The notes beneath the pieces were generated by a model. It was given only the letters and a program-made list of their open reading frames with translations, had not been told where the DNA came from and made no database searches. From the NCBI GenBank assembly GCA_026770705.1, contig JANJGN010000036.1:1178001-1242000 (forward strand): DNA of 64,000 nucleotides. The letters are read 5' to 3'. Positions 63,931-64,000 of this stretch are shown piece after piece. The number at the start of each line of letters is the position of its first letter. The stretch's first letter is position 1. Position numbers and translations under genes: made by a program. Origin of the DNA: Isurus oxyrinchus. Its lineage: Eukaryota.

Positions 63931-64000
63931 ATGTTGTGGTATCTTTGGCAAACGGACCACAGGAGAGGCTCAAGTACAGGTTACAATAGTTTATTCGAGC

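Overview
Vertebrate genomic DNA, very probably a cartilaginous fish (shark-type CR1 LINEs, Deu-domain SINE, Penelope fragments, ~65-bp degenerate satellite, a sigma-cart/type I Ig light-chain C relic). The window is a tandemly duplicated cluster of non-rearranging antigen-receptor-like genes: leader, germline-joined V(J) exon, ~90-100 nt intron, C1 exon, transmembrane exon, short cytoplasmic exons. There are two paralogous chain types. Type I (+ strand) has a V ending in a J-like FGNG motif and a tail with a (T/M)LYARL tyrosine motif. Its copies are an intact 3' half at 1894-2872, a near-intact gene at 33182-38012, and relics at 8.4-9.1, 22.7, 44.1-48.2 and 59.0 kb. Type II (- strand) has no J diglycine motif and no obvious tyrosine motif. 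Its copies are 57022-51566 and a relic at 30845-26380. Type II and type I genes sit head-to-head about 2 kb apart twice, have related C1 domains (~40% identical by eye) and both carry a juxtamembrane Cys. This suggests a germline-encoded, TCR-shaped, disulfide-linked heterodimeric regulatory receptor evolving by birth-and-death (inference). Every copy fully inside the window is disabled; the best candidate for a functional copy starts just upstream of base 1. All exon calls were made by eye from splice sites, phases and paralog comparison; no database search was run.
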